A stretch of DNA of 63,269 bases, counting the filler, from Candidatus Eiseniibacteriota bacterium (GTDB lineage Bacteria > Orphanbacterota > Orphanbacteria > Orphanbacterales > Orphanbacteraceae), in NCBI GenBank assembly GCA_043809585.1. It is 5 parts of 5 records of this genome, joined end to end, with 100 filler letters (N's around TTAATTAATTAA, not from the genome) between each part and the next. Parts side by side here need not be neighbours in the genome. Positions count along the whole stretch, not along the records: positions 28,841 to 38,142 come from JBDROZ010000089.1; positions 38,243 to 55,155 come from JBDROZ010000090.1; 3 more parts are not named here. One strand, written 5' to 3'. A model generated the notes under the pieces. That model searched no databases. It worked only from the letters and a program-made list of their open reading frames with translations, and had not been told where the DNA came from. A program made the translations under genes and the position numbers. The stretch's first letter is position 1. Every line of letters begins with the position of its first letter. Below are positions 36,535 to 46,645 of the stretch, in pieces.

Positions 36535-37429
36535 GATCCTTCCCCTCGTCTTCGCGCTTGCTCTGGCGCGCGGAGTGCATGATGAGACCGAGAAGTCCGT
36601 AGAGCATCACCGGGGGGAGGAAGGACTTGAAGATTCCGTGCTGGATTTGCTCGGTCCGCTCCGGGAATGCGTCGTAGGGCATGTGGACCAATCCCGTCAC
36701 GGCGATGTCGACGGAGGTGAGGTACATCCAACTCGTCCCCCCCGCCTCGTACTCACCGTAAACGTGATCCACGTACCGGTCCCGGTTCCGGATGATCTTC
36801 GAATGGGCGAGTTCGACGAGATCCTTCCGCTTGCCGAAGGTGAGGGTTTCGACCGGGCACATGCCGACGCACGCCGGCTTCTCCCCCTGGAGGAGCCGCT
36901 CGTGACAGAAGGTGCACTTCATGACGCGCGGCTTCAGGGCCTCCTCGTATTCGTAGGCGGGGACCTGGAAGGGGCAGGCGACCATGCAATACCGGCAGCC
37001 GATGCACTTCCATGCGTCGTAGATGACCGCGCCGATATCGGTCTTCTCGAGGGCGCCGACGATGCACGCCGAAACGCACGCCGGATGGTTGCAGTGCATG
37101 CACTGGTTCTTGATGAACGCCCGGCCTTCCGGGGCGTTCGGGGCCGGGAACTGGTTCACTACCGTGAACTGCTCGTGGTTCATTCTCCGGTACTCGGAGA
37201 AAGAAAGGCCTTCGAACCACCGGAGGTCGTTTCCGGTCAGCTCGTTCTGCCGGTCGCACGCGAACTCGCATTTCCGGCACCCCGTGCAGACCGTCGTGTC
37301 CACGAGCACGCCGTACATCTCGCCGAAATCGGCCCCCCCGTCCTTGGACGCGAGCGCATCCGCACCCGGGATCAACGCCGCGGAAGCCGCTCCGGCGAAC
37401 TTGAGGAACTCCCTGCGTTTCATGTCCAT
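36527..37429 (-). CDS. Tat-exported 4Fe-4S protein, HybA/HmcB family
   Basis: KRREFLK Tat motif; CTGCRKCEFAC, CMHCNHPACVSAC, CIGCRYCMVACP, KCTFC..PACVGMCP; C-terminal TM. Confidence 0.93.
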   Translation of the reverse strand: MDMKRREFLKFAGAASAALIPGADALASKDGGADFGEMYGVLVDTTVCTGCRKCEFACDRQNELTGNDLRWFEGLSFSEYRRMNHEQFTVVNQFPAPNAPEGRAFIKNQCMHCNHPACVSACIVGALEKTDIGAVIYDAWKCIGCRYCMVACPFQVPAYEYEEALKPRVMKCTFCHERLLQGEKPACVGMCPVETLTFGKRKDLVELAHSKIIRNRDRYVDHVYGEYEAGGTSWMYLTSVDIAVTGLVHMPYDAFPERTEQIQHGIFKSFLPPVMLYGLLGLIMHSARQSKREDEGKDHE

Positions 37430-37549
37430 GATTCACCGCCTTCGCTGAGACCCCCCGGCGGAGGTCGTTTCCACACGCACGAGAGATGGTCGATTCCCCG
37501 TCTTCCCACAGGCGAATGTCCGCATGTCTCGGGAGAAGCGGGCATCCGG

Positions 37550-37903
37550 CTACGCATCCACGACCAGATCCTCGACTTCCAAGTCGTTCGCCACGAGGCC
37601 CCTCTGCTTGAGGTCCTCCAGGAGAACGGATCGGATCAGTGTGCAACCTTCCATGATCCGGGGATCGGCCAGCCGGTAGTAGACCATCTGGCCATTTTTT
37701 CTGGCCAAGACCACGTTCTTGTCCCTGAGCACCCGGAGGTGCTGGCTGATGTTCGATCCCGGCGTCTCCAGGGCCTCCGCGATCTCCCCGACGTTCATCT
37801 CCCGCCGGGCTAAGAGAGCTAAAATCATAAGACGCTTTGTATTAGCCATGGTCTTGCAGAACTCGGCGTGGAGATGAAAGACGTGTTCGTTAATAATCTT
37901 CAT
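37550..37903 (-). CDS. ArsR/SmtB family transcriptional regulator
   Basis: KRLMILALL, VGEIAEAL, SNISQHLRVLR, VYYRL. Confidence 0.92.
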   Translation of the reverse strand: MKIINEHVFHLHAEFCKTMANTKRLMILALLARREMNVGEIAEALETPGSNISQHLRVLRDKNVVLARKNGQMVYYRLADPRIMEGCTLIRSVLLEDLKQRGLVANDLEVEDLVVDA

Positions 37904-37907
37904 AAGA

Positions 37908-37976
37908 CTTCGTTACTGCGAAGATTCGTATTTACATATCCATACTCAGAGTAACCTTAAGCGTGACTAATGTCAA
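37908..37976 (-). promoter_or_regulatory. Sigma-70 promoter with candidate ArsR operator
   Basis: Minus strand TTGACA(37976-37971)-N17-TACTCT; inverted repeat CTTCG-N6-CGAAG at 37908-37923 just before the ATG. Confidence 0.55.
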
Positions 37977-38003
37977 GGGAGGTTCGGTCGATTATTTCGA
38001 GTC

Positions 38004-38142
38004 CTAGCCTGGATTATGCATGAATCTCCGTCACGAGGGCTCGGATCGCCTGACGAGAAGCCGACTTGGACGAGCCGCCACCGGAGGCGTAGTCATGCAC
38101 TACGTCGAGGAGGCGGCGACGGAAAGGAGGCTTCGCAGGCGG
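38004..38142. mobile_element. Other end of the multicopy MITE (short-core subtype), truncated at contig end
   Basis: CTAG-CCTGGATTATGCATGAATCTCC..CCGGAGGCGTAGTCATGCACTACGTCGAGGAGGCGGC; reverse complement of 55256-55394. Confidence 0.85.
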
Positions 38143-38242
38143 NNNNNNNNNNNNNNNNNNNNNNNNNNNNNNNNNNNNNNNNNNNNTTAATTAATTAANN
38201 NNNNNNNNNNNNNNNNNNNNNNNNNNNNNNNNNNNNNNNNNN
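38143..38242. other. Artificial contig spacer
   Basis: N44-TTAATTAATTAA-N44. Confidence 0.99.
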
Positions 38243-38382
38243 CACTAACACTTCTCGCTCCGAGCGGTCGCGAGAAGATGAAAGTGCGCCACGGGCCCCG
38301 TCGAGGAGGCGGCGAAGGAAAGGAGGCTTCGCAGGCGGCGATCCGAGATCGCAGTAGGAGATTTGTGCATAATCCAGGCTAG
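38243..38382. mobile_element. End of multicopy MITE, truncated at contig start
   Basis: Identical to 28841-28980. Confidence 0.85.
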
Positions 38383-38557
38383 AACCGGTGGCACAACCTC
38401 CATTCTACTGCGATCGGCTGCAAGGCCCGGCGGCTGCGTACTCGGGCAAAAACGTCCTCAATGGCCTTCTTAGGCCACCTCCGGGCGTTTTCCCCCTTGA
38501 ACCTTGCCGCCGGACCTTTCGCTCAATCTCGCGACGAAGGAGGTTGTGAAACCGATT

Positions 38558-38560
<3 letters not shown>
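38380..38560. mobile_element. Complete MITE of a separate TIR family, in tandem with the previous element
   Basis: TAGAACCGGTGGCACAACCTCC ... GGAGGTTGTGAAACCGATTCTA; core on minus strand CCGGAG-GTGGCCT-AAGA-AGGCCAT-TGAGGA (38455-38484). Confidence 0.8.
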
Positions 38561-39598
<1,038 letters not shown>

Positions 39599-39972
39599 CG
39601 AGTTCTCCTCATGGGGGCTTTCCGCTCCCGATGACCGGCCCCGCCCCCCGCGGGAACCGGTGACGATCCATTCTACCCGGCCCCGACGCACCTCCACGGG
39701 GAAAAAGGGGGAAACGACACTAGATCCGTCTTTCACGGAGGCGCCGGCCGGCGTCCCCCCGGGTGGGGCCGCCGGGAACTCGCCCCCGAGCCCGTCCCCG
39801 TCCCCCCGCCCATTCATGACTCATGTATTTGCAATCAGTGATGTTTCCCGCTTTCTTCCTCACCCGAACCACCCGACCGGCCGATCCTCTGGATGGAGAA
39901 GAACGGGTCGTTCCGTCACCGTGCCGGACGCTTCCGAACGCATCCGCGTCGGCATCGGGGAGGTCCGCGGTC

Positions 39973-42900
39973 ATGCATCGCGACGAGACGAAGAAGGACG
40001 AATCACCCCGCCGGCCGGAGATCTCGGTCGATCCTGTCCGCGAAGAGGAGGGGGGACGGCCCACCGCCCTCGAGGGGATCGTCCGGAACATCGCGGAACG
40101 GAAACTCGCGAGGGAGTCGATTCTCGCCGAACGGGACCGCGCGGAGAGCTATCTCGAAGTGGCCGGCGTCCTGATGGTCGCCCTCGACCGGGAGGGGACC
40201 GTCACAATGATCAACAGACGGGGCTGCGAGATCCTCGGGTACCCGAGAGAGGAGATCCTCGGCAAGGATTGGTTCGCCCATTTCCTTCCCCAGCTTTTCG
40301 GGGCGATGGTCCGGGGCGAGTTCCGCCGGCTCATCGAGGGAGCCGACCGGGAGATTCAGTTTTTCGAGAATCCTGTGCTGACCTCCGGCGGCGCCGAGAG
40401 GATGATCTCCTGGCAGAACCGCCTCCTGTTCGACGCCGAAGGCCGGGTCGTGGGGACCCTGAGTTCCGGTGAGGACATCACCGAGCGGCGCCGGGCCGAA
40501 GCGGCCGTCGAGGAGGAGCGCCTCCGGTTCTTCGAAGTGCTCGAGAAGATGCCCGCCTTCGTCTACCTCAAGGCGGCGGACCACACGATCCCCTTCGCCA
40601 ACCGGGGATTCCGCGACGTCTTCGGCGACCCGGAAGGGAAGAAGTGCTTCGAGATCATGCACGGGCGGGAGAAGCGCTGCGGCGAGTGCCGGACGGTCCG
40701 GATACTGGAAAGCGGAGAGTCGGAAGTCCAGGAGTGGACCGACGGGAAGGGCCGTGTCTTCCTGGTTCACGATCACCTCTTCTCCGGTCGGGGGGGGGAG
40801 AAGCTCGTCCTCGAGGTGGGCACGGAGATCACGGAGCGCAAACAGGTCGAGAATGCCCTCTTCGAGAGCGAGTGGAAGCACCGGAGGATCTTCGAGAACG
40901 CCTCCGAGGGGATCGTGGTCGCCCAGGACGGCTTCGTCAAGCTGGCGAACCCCAAGTTCGAGGGTTTCTTCGAAGGGAAAGGTAAAATCTACGCGCGGCC
41001 CTTCGTCGAATTGGTCCATCCGGACGATCGGGAGATGTTTCTTCGCGCGGACGAGGCGAGAAGGCGGGGGGAACCGGTCACCGAGAACTACGCCTATCGC
41101 GTCGTCACGGGCGGAGGGGGGATCCGGTGGCACGAAACGACGGGGATCGGCATCGAGTGGGAAGGCCGCCCCGCGACTCTTTCCTTCCACTCGGACGTTA
41201 CCGCGCGGCGCGCCACGGAAGAAGAACTCCGCAAACTGAAACTCATCTCCGATCATGCCGGATACGGCGTGGCGATCGCCGACCTGGACGGGAATCTGGC
41301 CTACGTCAACGAATCGTGGGCACGGGCCCACGGATACGGACCGAAAGAACTGATCGGGAGAAACCTCGTCATCTTCCACAGGCTGGAAGATCTGCCCCGG
41401 GTCGAGGAGCTGAACCGCCAACTCGTCGAAACGGGAAGCTACATTGCTGAGGAGGTCCTCCACGTCGACCGGGAGGGGCGGGTCTTCCCGATGCTCATGA
41501 ATGGGGTGCTCGTCAGGGACGAGGGAGGGAACCCCCTCTACTTCGGGGTGACGGCCACCGACATCTCCGCCTTGAAAGAGGCGAAGGAGGAGCGGATCCG
41601 TCTCGCGACGGCCATCGAGCAGTTGGCGGACATCGTGTTCATCCTCGATCTGGAGGGGAATGTCCGGTACGTGAACTCCGCGCTCACGACGGTCACCGGG
41701 TTCCCCCGGGAGGAGGCGGTCGGCCGCGACTTCGCCGAGTACTTCGAAACGGAGACGACCGGGGAAGAAGAGGGCGGATTCCGAGATGCGCTGAAATCGA
41801 GCGGGGTTTGGAAGAGACCGCTGATCGGAAAGAAGCGGGGGGGACGGTACGACGGTCAGGCGACCTTCTCGCCGATCCGGGACGAAGAGGGGCGGGTGGA
41901 GCAGTATGTCGTGTCGGTCCGGGACGTCTCGGCGATCATCGAACTCGAGAGGCGCCTCCGCCAGTCCCAGAAGATGGAGGCCATCGGCACCCTCGCCGGC
42001 GGGATCGCCCACGACTTCAACAACATTCTCTACGCGATTCTCGGGTTCTCCGAGCTCGCCCTGGAAGACGCCCCGCCCGGTTCGAAGTGCCACGAGTGCA
42101 TCGAGCAGGTGCACGACGCCGGGAAGCGGGCGAACAAACTCGTGAACCGGATTCTCTCGTTCAGCCGCCAGAAGGAGGAGGAACGGGCCCCCCTCCAGAT
42201 CCAGCACGTGGCCGACGAGACCCTGGGCCTGCTCCGCGGGACTCTCCCCGCGACGATCGAGATCCGGCGCCGGATCGACACCCGGTGCCCGCCGGTACTC
42301 GCCAATCCGACGGAGATCCAGCAGGTGGTGATCAACCTCTGCACGAACGCCTCCCACGCGATGAAGAAGAATGGGGGTGTCCTCGGTCTCCGGGTTCGCG
42401 CGCGGGCGATCCAGGAGGGCACGGAGGCCGCGAGCCTCGGCCTCCCCTCCGGTTCGTATGTGGAACTCGACGTGACCGACTCGGGGTGCGGCATGGACGA
42501 GGCGACCCGGGAGAGGATCTTCGATCCCTATTTCACCACGAAGCCGGTCGGGGAGGGGACGGGCATGGGGCTCTCCACGGTGCACGGGATCGTTGCGGGG
42601 CTCGGCGGCGGGATCCGGGTGAGGAGCCGCCCCGGTCGAGGAAGCGTCTTCCGCGTCTTCTTCCCCGCCCTCGAAGAGCCGGCGGAAACGCCCCCGGTCC
42701 CCGAGGAGGCCCCGGAGCCCGCGGGGGGAGTGACGGTGCTCTTCGTGGACGACGAACCGGTCCTCGGGATTCTGGCGCGCTCCTTCCTCGAGGGATACGG
42801 GTGCGCGGTGGAGACCTTCACGGATCCGAGAGAGGCGCTGAGGCGATTCCGCGAGGATCCGGGCCGGTTCGACGTCATCGTCACCGATCAGACCATGCCC

Positions 42901-43110
42901 GACATGACCGGGGCCGATCTCGCACGGGAGTGCCGGCGGATCCGTCCGGGCGTGCCGGTGGTGCTTTGCAGCGGCAGTGCGCCCGGCGCGGCGGCGGAGG
43001 AAGCGAGAAGCGCGGGAGTCCTCGCCTTTCTGAGGAAGCCTCTCGGCCGGGAAGATCTAGCACGGGCGGTGCGCCGGGCCCTTCGGCCGGCGGCGGTCCG
43101 GGAAGGGTAG
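39973..43110 (+). CDS. Cytoplasmic multi-PAS hybrid sensor histidine kinase
   Basis: About 5 PAS/PAC repeats, QKMEAIGTLAGGIAHDFNN H-box, NLCTNA, DSGCGM, PYFTTK, GTGMGL, receiver FVDDE..TDQTMP..KP. Confidence 0.95.
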   Translation: MHRDETKKDESPRRPEISVDPVREEEGGRPTALEGIVRNIAERKLARESILAERDRAESYLEVAGVLMVALDREGTVTMINRRGCEILGYPREEILGKDWFAHFLPQLFGAMVRGEFRRLIEGADREIQFFENPVLTSGGAERMISWQNRLLFDAEGRVVGTLSSGEDITERRRAEAAVEEERLRFFEVLEKMPAFVYLKAADHTIPFANRGFRDVFGDPEGKKCFEIMHGREKRCGECRTVRILESGESEVQEWTDGKGRVFLVHDHLFSGRGGEKLVLEVGTEITERKQVENALFESEWKHRRIFENASEGIVVAQDGFVKLANPKFEGFFEGKGKIYARPFVELVHPDDREMFLRADEARRRGEPVTENYAYRVVTGGGGIRWHETTGIGIEWEGRPATLSFHSDVTARRATEEELRKLKLISDHAGYGVAIADLDGNLAYVNESWARAHGYGPKELIGRNLVIFHRLEDLPRVEELNRQLVETGSYIAEEVLHVDREGRVFPMLMNGVLVRDEGGNPLYFGVTATDISALKEAKEERIRLATAIEQLADIVFILDLEGNVRYVNSALTTVTGFPREEAVGRDFAEYFETETTGEEEGGFRDALKSSGVWKRPLIGKKRGGRYDGQATFSPIRDEEGRVEQYVVSVRDVSAIIELERRLRQSQKMEAIGTLAGGIAHDFNNILYAILGFSELALEDAPPGSKCHECIEQVHDAGKRANKLVNRILSFSRQKEEERAPLQIQHVADETLGLLRGTLPATIEIRRRIDTRCPPVLANPTEIQQVVINLCTNASHAMKKNGGVLGLRVRARAIQEGTEAASLGLPSGSYVELDVTDSGCGMDEATRERIFDPYFTTKPVGEGTGMGLSTVHGIVAGLGGGIRVRSRPGRGSVFRVFFPALEEPAETPPVPEEAPEPAGGVTVLFVDDEPVLGILARSFLEGYGCAVETFTDPREALRRFREDPGRFDVIVTDQTMPDMTGADLARECRRIRPGVPVVLCSGSAPGAAAEEARSAGVLAFLRKPLGREDLARAVRRALRPAAVREG

Positions 43111-43114
43111 TGAA

Positions 43115-43492
43115 ATGGCCCGAGTGCTCGTGGTCGAAGACGATCCGCAGGTGCGAATGATGCTCCGGATGACGCTGGAACGGGCGGGGTGCGTGGTCGA
43201 CGAAGCGGAAGACGGCCGGGTGGCGCTCCGGAAGCACCGGCAGGATCCGGCGGACCTGGTCATCACCGACATCGTGATGCCCGAAGTGGAGGGGATCGAG
43301 ACGATCATGGAACTCCGGCGATCCTCGCCCGCCCTTCCGATCATCGCGATTTCCGGGGGGGGACACGAGTCGCCGGAGAGCTACCTCACAATCGCCGAAA
43401 AGCTCGGCGCGAACAGGACGTTCGCCAAGCCCGTGGACCGGGAAGAGATGCTCGAAGCGGTCAACGATCTCCTTGCCGGGGCCGTCAAATGA
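43115..43492 (+). CDS. Stand-alone response regulator receiver
   Basis: VLVVEDD, ITDIVMP, AISGG, AKP. Confidence 0.93.
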   Translation: MARVLVVEDDPQVRMMLRMTLERAGCVVDEAEDGRVALRKHRQDPADLVITDIVMPEVEGIETIMELRRSSPALPIIAISGGGHESPESYLTIAEKLGANRTFAKPVDREEMLEAVNDLLAGAVK

Positions 43493-43719
43493 GAACGGTT
43501 CGTTCCCGCCGGGATCAGGCCTTCTCGGTTTTGACCGGCTTGGTTTGCACTTACACGTTCGAGGGGGCGGGCGGCGACTCGACCCGGCTCCGGGTCGCCG
43601 TGCGCGCCTCGGGGGAGATCGCGGAAGGGTGGGCGGATGCCGTCGACCGGACCTGGCGCCACTTTATCTTCGACCGTTTCTTTCCTCATGTCGCCTCGGG
43701 GGCCCATCTCGGGAAGTGA
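43489..43719 (+). pseudogene. Short ORF resembling the C-terminal half of an SRPBCC/START-fold protein; probable remnant
   Basis: CTYTFE..STRLRVAVRASG..WADAVDRTWRHFI pattern (two strands plus long helix); ATGA overlap with the receiver gene. Confidence 0.4.
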
Positions 43720-43740
43720 CGGAGGGGCCGCCGAAGCTCC

Positions 43741-43770
43741 TTGACGCGCCCCTCCGCCGCCCCCTAATAT
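43741..43770 (+). promoter_or_regulatory. Candidate sigma-70 promoter
   Basis: TTGACG-N18-TAATAT upstream of 43819. Confidence 0.45.
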
Positions 43771-43818
43771 CGAATGGGATTCGATCGACCGACCCCCTTC
43801 GCCCGCAGGAGGTGACCC

Positions 43819-44424
43819 TTGCCCACCGTCCCCTCGGTCCGAACGGTTCTCGTCGCGATCGGCCTTTCCCTCTTCCTCTTCTCCTGCGCGTCGGCGCCCC
43901 CTCCGGGTGAATCGAACGGGTCCCCGGAAGGGGAAACGCCCGGCCGGGAGGCCAGGAAAGAACCAGGAACGCCGGCGGGAGACCCCCGGGGCTCGGAGAC
44001 CGGCGAGGAGGATCCGTTCCAGGAAACCCTCATGGTCAACAAGCACGGGACGGTCTACACGGACATCGACCGGTACGACGTGCGGAACATCCGGTTCAAC
44101 ACGGGACACGGATTCGGCGGCGGGGACGCCCTCGTCGGATACTACAAGAACACTCGATTCGAGATCAAAAAGCGCTTCATCGACAAGCTGACGGTGATCG
44201 GCAAGGTGAGCCGGTCCGAGATCCTCTCGGAATCCCACAGGTACGACATGATCGAGGACAAGGACGTCGACTACATCTTCCGTACCGACCTCAAGAAGAC
44301 GGACGGAGAGCGGATCGAATTCATCGTGCGCATCAATCAGATCAGCGGCGAGCTGCAGGAGGGGGGGGCGTTCGACCTGAGGGGGGACGAGCTCAAGGCG
44401 CTCCGGAAGATCGTATTCTTCTAA
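43819..44424 (+). CDS. Hypothetical lipoprotein
   Basis: TTG start with RBS AGGAGG, lipobox FLFSC, disordered linker, globular C-domain. Confidence 0.8.
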   Translation: MPTVPSVRTVLVAIGLSLFLFSCASAPPPGESNGSPEGETPGREARKEPGTPAGDPRGSETGEEDPFQETLMVNKHGTVYTDIDRYDVRNIRFNTGHGFGGGDALVGYYKNTRFEIKKRFIDKLTVIGKVSRSEILSESHRYDMIEDKDVDYIFRTDLKKTDGERIEFIVRINQISGELQEGGAFDLRGDELKALRKIVFF

Positions 44425-44467
44425 TTCCGGCCGGTTGCCCGCCGGCCGAACCGCCGAGGAGGTGGCC

Positions 44468-44701
44468 ATGTCGAGGGCTTATCTGAGGATCAACACGGAG
44501 ATCGGGCGGGAGGTGGAGGTTCGGGATCAGCTGCGTCAGGTGGAAGAGGTGCTTTCCGCGGACATCACCGCGGGCGAACAGGACATCATCTGTCTCGTCG
44601 AGAGCAGTTCCGTCGACTCGATCCTCGATCTCGTGGTGGGCAAAGTTCGGGGCATCGGGGGGATCCAGGGGACGACCACGAACCTGATCTTGGACTGGTA
44701 G
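44468..44701 (+). CDS. Stand-alone Lrp/AsnC ligand-binding (RAM) domain protein
   Basis: AYLRIN..G.E.EV...L..V..V..A....GEQDII..VE..KVRGIGGI..TTTNL; RBS GAGGAGG. Confidence 0.85.
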   Translation: MSRAYLRINTEIGREVEVRDQLRQVEEVLSADITAGEQDIICLVESSSVDSILDLVVGKVRGIGGIQGTTTNLILDW

Positions 44702-44844
44702 CCCCGCCGCGAGCCCGGGAGGGGGCCTCCGCCGGCGGCGGGAAAGGTCCTGTTGATTCCCTTGGAATATAACGGGTTACCTGTGTTGTCCCCGGCCCGC
44801 CCGGACCCCCGCGAAAATCGTTTCCATAATATTTCGCTTTCGCA

Positions 44845-44873
44845 TTGCCAACCCCTCCTTTTTCGACTAGCGT
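44845..44873 (+). promoter_or_regulatory. Candidate sigma-70 promoter of the polyamine operon
   Basis: TTGCCA-N17-TAGCGT, leaving a ~170-nt leader before 45047. Confidence 0.45.
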
Positions 44874-45046
44874 TACCCTGCTGGACAACGGCGGGCTTTT
44901 GCCCGTCGCGGGTCCTGGGAGCCCCCTCGAGGGGCGGGTGGGGTCGTTCGCGCGCGACCCGGTGTTTTCGGAGAGTCCCGTCCGCCAGGCAAGCACGTCC
45001 GGCGAGGCGGGCCACCCCCTCTAAGAGGATAGGGAGGTAGAAGTCG

Positions 45047-45442
45047 TTGTCGAAAAGCGCTTCTCCGGGCTTCCATGTGATGCTCGACCTCGCCGGGGTT
45101 CCCCGGTCGGCCTGCACCGATGATGGGAGCCTCGTGAAGACCCTCGCGTCCGCCTCGGAGCGGGCCGGCTGCACGGTCATCAACTCCGTTCGCTATCGGT
45201 TCGGGCAGAACTCGCCCGACGGTTGCACCGCCTTCGTCATGCTCGACGAGAGCCATGTCGCGGTGCATACCTACGCGGACGACGGGCTCATGGCGGTGGA
45301 CGTTTTCGTCTGCGGCGAGCGGGCCCGGGAGAAGGCGGCCGGGATCGTGGAGGAGCTGCGCCGCGCCGTTCCCCACGCCCAGTGTCGTCAGACGTCGCTC
45401 GATCGTTTCGTCGGGGAGAAGGAGAGTGTGGCGGCGGGTTGA
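45047..45442 (+). CDS. speD: Pyruvoyl-dependent decarboxylase proenzyme, AdoMetDC/SpeD family
   Basis: GFHVMLDL, GCT, MLDESHVAVHTY (E|S self-cleavage site), VDVFVCG; TTG start with RBS GGGAGG. Confidence 0.88.
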   Translation: MSKSASPGFHVMLDLAGVPRSACTDDGSLVKTLASASERAGCTVINSVRYRFGQNSPDGCTAFVMLDESHVAVHTYADDGLMAVDVFVCGERAREKAAGIVEELRRAVPHAQCRQTSLDRFVGEKESVAAG

Positions 45443-45565
45443 CTCCGCCGGGCCCTCGGCGGGGGCCTCTGCCGCGGATCCCGTTCGGGATCTCTTCTCG
45501 ATGTCGATTTCTCGCGAACCGCCCGCCCTCCGCGGGCGGTTCCGGTTTGAAGGGAAGAGGGGGGA

Positions 45566-46645
45566 GTGACCATGGACCGGGAGTTTCACGACGGCCGGGA
45601 GGACGGTCTCGAGCCCCTCGAGTCCCTGAACGTCCGGCGTGAGGGGGGCCTGCCCGGCCTCCTCGAGGGGATGTCCAAGACCGCCTTCGGCGGGCGGGCG
45701 CTGGGCGAGGCGTTCGGCGTTCTCCGCGCGAGGGCGTCCGACCCGGACTGTACGATCGTGGTCACCCTCTCGGGGGCGATGACCGTCGCCAAGATGGGTC
45801 TCGTCCTCTGCGACATGATCGAGCACGGCCTCGCCCACATCGTCGTCAGCACCGGGGCGATCATGGCCCACGGCCTCTCCGAGGCCTCGGGGGGCGTCCA
45901 CTACAAGCACGACCCGAAGGTCCCCGACGAGACCCTTTACCGCTGGGGCTACAACCGGGTCTACGACACCCTCGAGATGGAGGCGAATCTGAACGAGGCG
46001 GAACGGTTCGCCCGCTCCGTCCTCGCGGAGTTCGACTGGAGCCGCCCCACCTGCTCCCGGGAGGTGACCGAGGCCCTCGGCCGGCGCCTCCACGAGGAAG
46101 GTCAGATGCCGAGCGTTCTCGGCTGGGCGTACAAGAAAGGGGTTCCGGTCTACGTCCCCGCCTTCACCGATTCGGAACTCGGACTCGACGTGGCGACCTT
46201 TTCCCTCCACCGGGCGGGAGCCGAGGCGAAGCAGGACGACCCGGACCGCTTCTTCGAGACGCCGCCCCCGTTCAACCCTTTCCTCGATCTTCACGATTTC
46301 GCGCGGCGCCTGGTAAAGGCGAAGACCATCGGCATCTTCACGATCGGCGGCGGCGTCCCCCGGAACTGGGCGCAGCAGGTGGGGCCCTTCGCGGAGATCA
46401 TCAACCACCGGCTCGGAACGGAGATCCCGGTCCCCCGGTACCGCTACGGCGTCCGCATCTGTCCGGAGCCCGTCCACTGGGGCGGGCTCTCCGGATGCAC
46501 CTATTCGGAAGGGGTTTCGTGGGGTAAGTTCGTGCCCCCCGAGGAGGGGGGACGATGGGCGGAGGTAAGGAGCGACGCCACCATAGCATGGCCGATCTTG
46601 ATCCGCGCCTATCTCGAGTCGATCGGAAAGGTGCAGACTCCATGA
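45566..46645 (+). CDS. Deoxyhypusine synthase-like protein (SpeY-type candidate)
   Basis: TLSGAMT, VSTGA, NRVYDT, PAFTDSELG, IGGGVPRNW, WGGLSGCTYSEGVSWGK, DATIAWP. Confidence 0.92.
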   Translation: MTMDREFHDGREDGLEPLESLNVRREGGLPGLLEGMSKTAFGGRALGEAFGVLRARASDPDCTIVVTLSGAMTVAKMGLVLCDMIEHGLAHIVVSTGAIMAHGLSEASGGVHYKHDPKVPDETLYRWGYNRVYDTLEMEANLNEAERFARSVLAEFDWSRPTCSREVTEALGRRLHEEGQMPSVLGWAYKKGVPVYVPAFTDSELGLDVATFSLHRAGAEAKQDDPDRFFETPPPFNPFLDLHDFARRLVKAKTIGIFTIGGGVPRNWAQQVGPFAEIINHRLGTEIPVPRYRYGVRICPEPVHWGGLSGCTYSEGVSWGKFVPPEEGGRWAEVRSDATIAWPILIRAYLESIGKVQTP

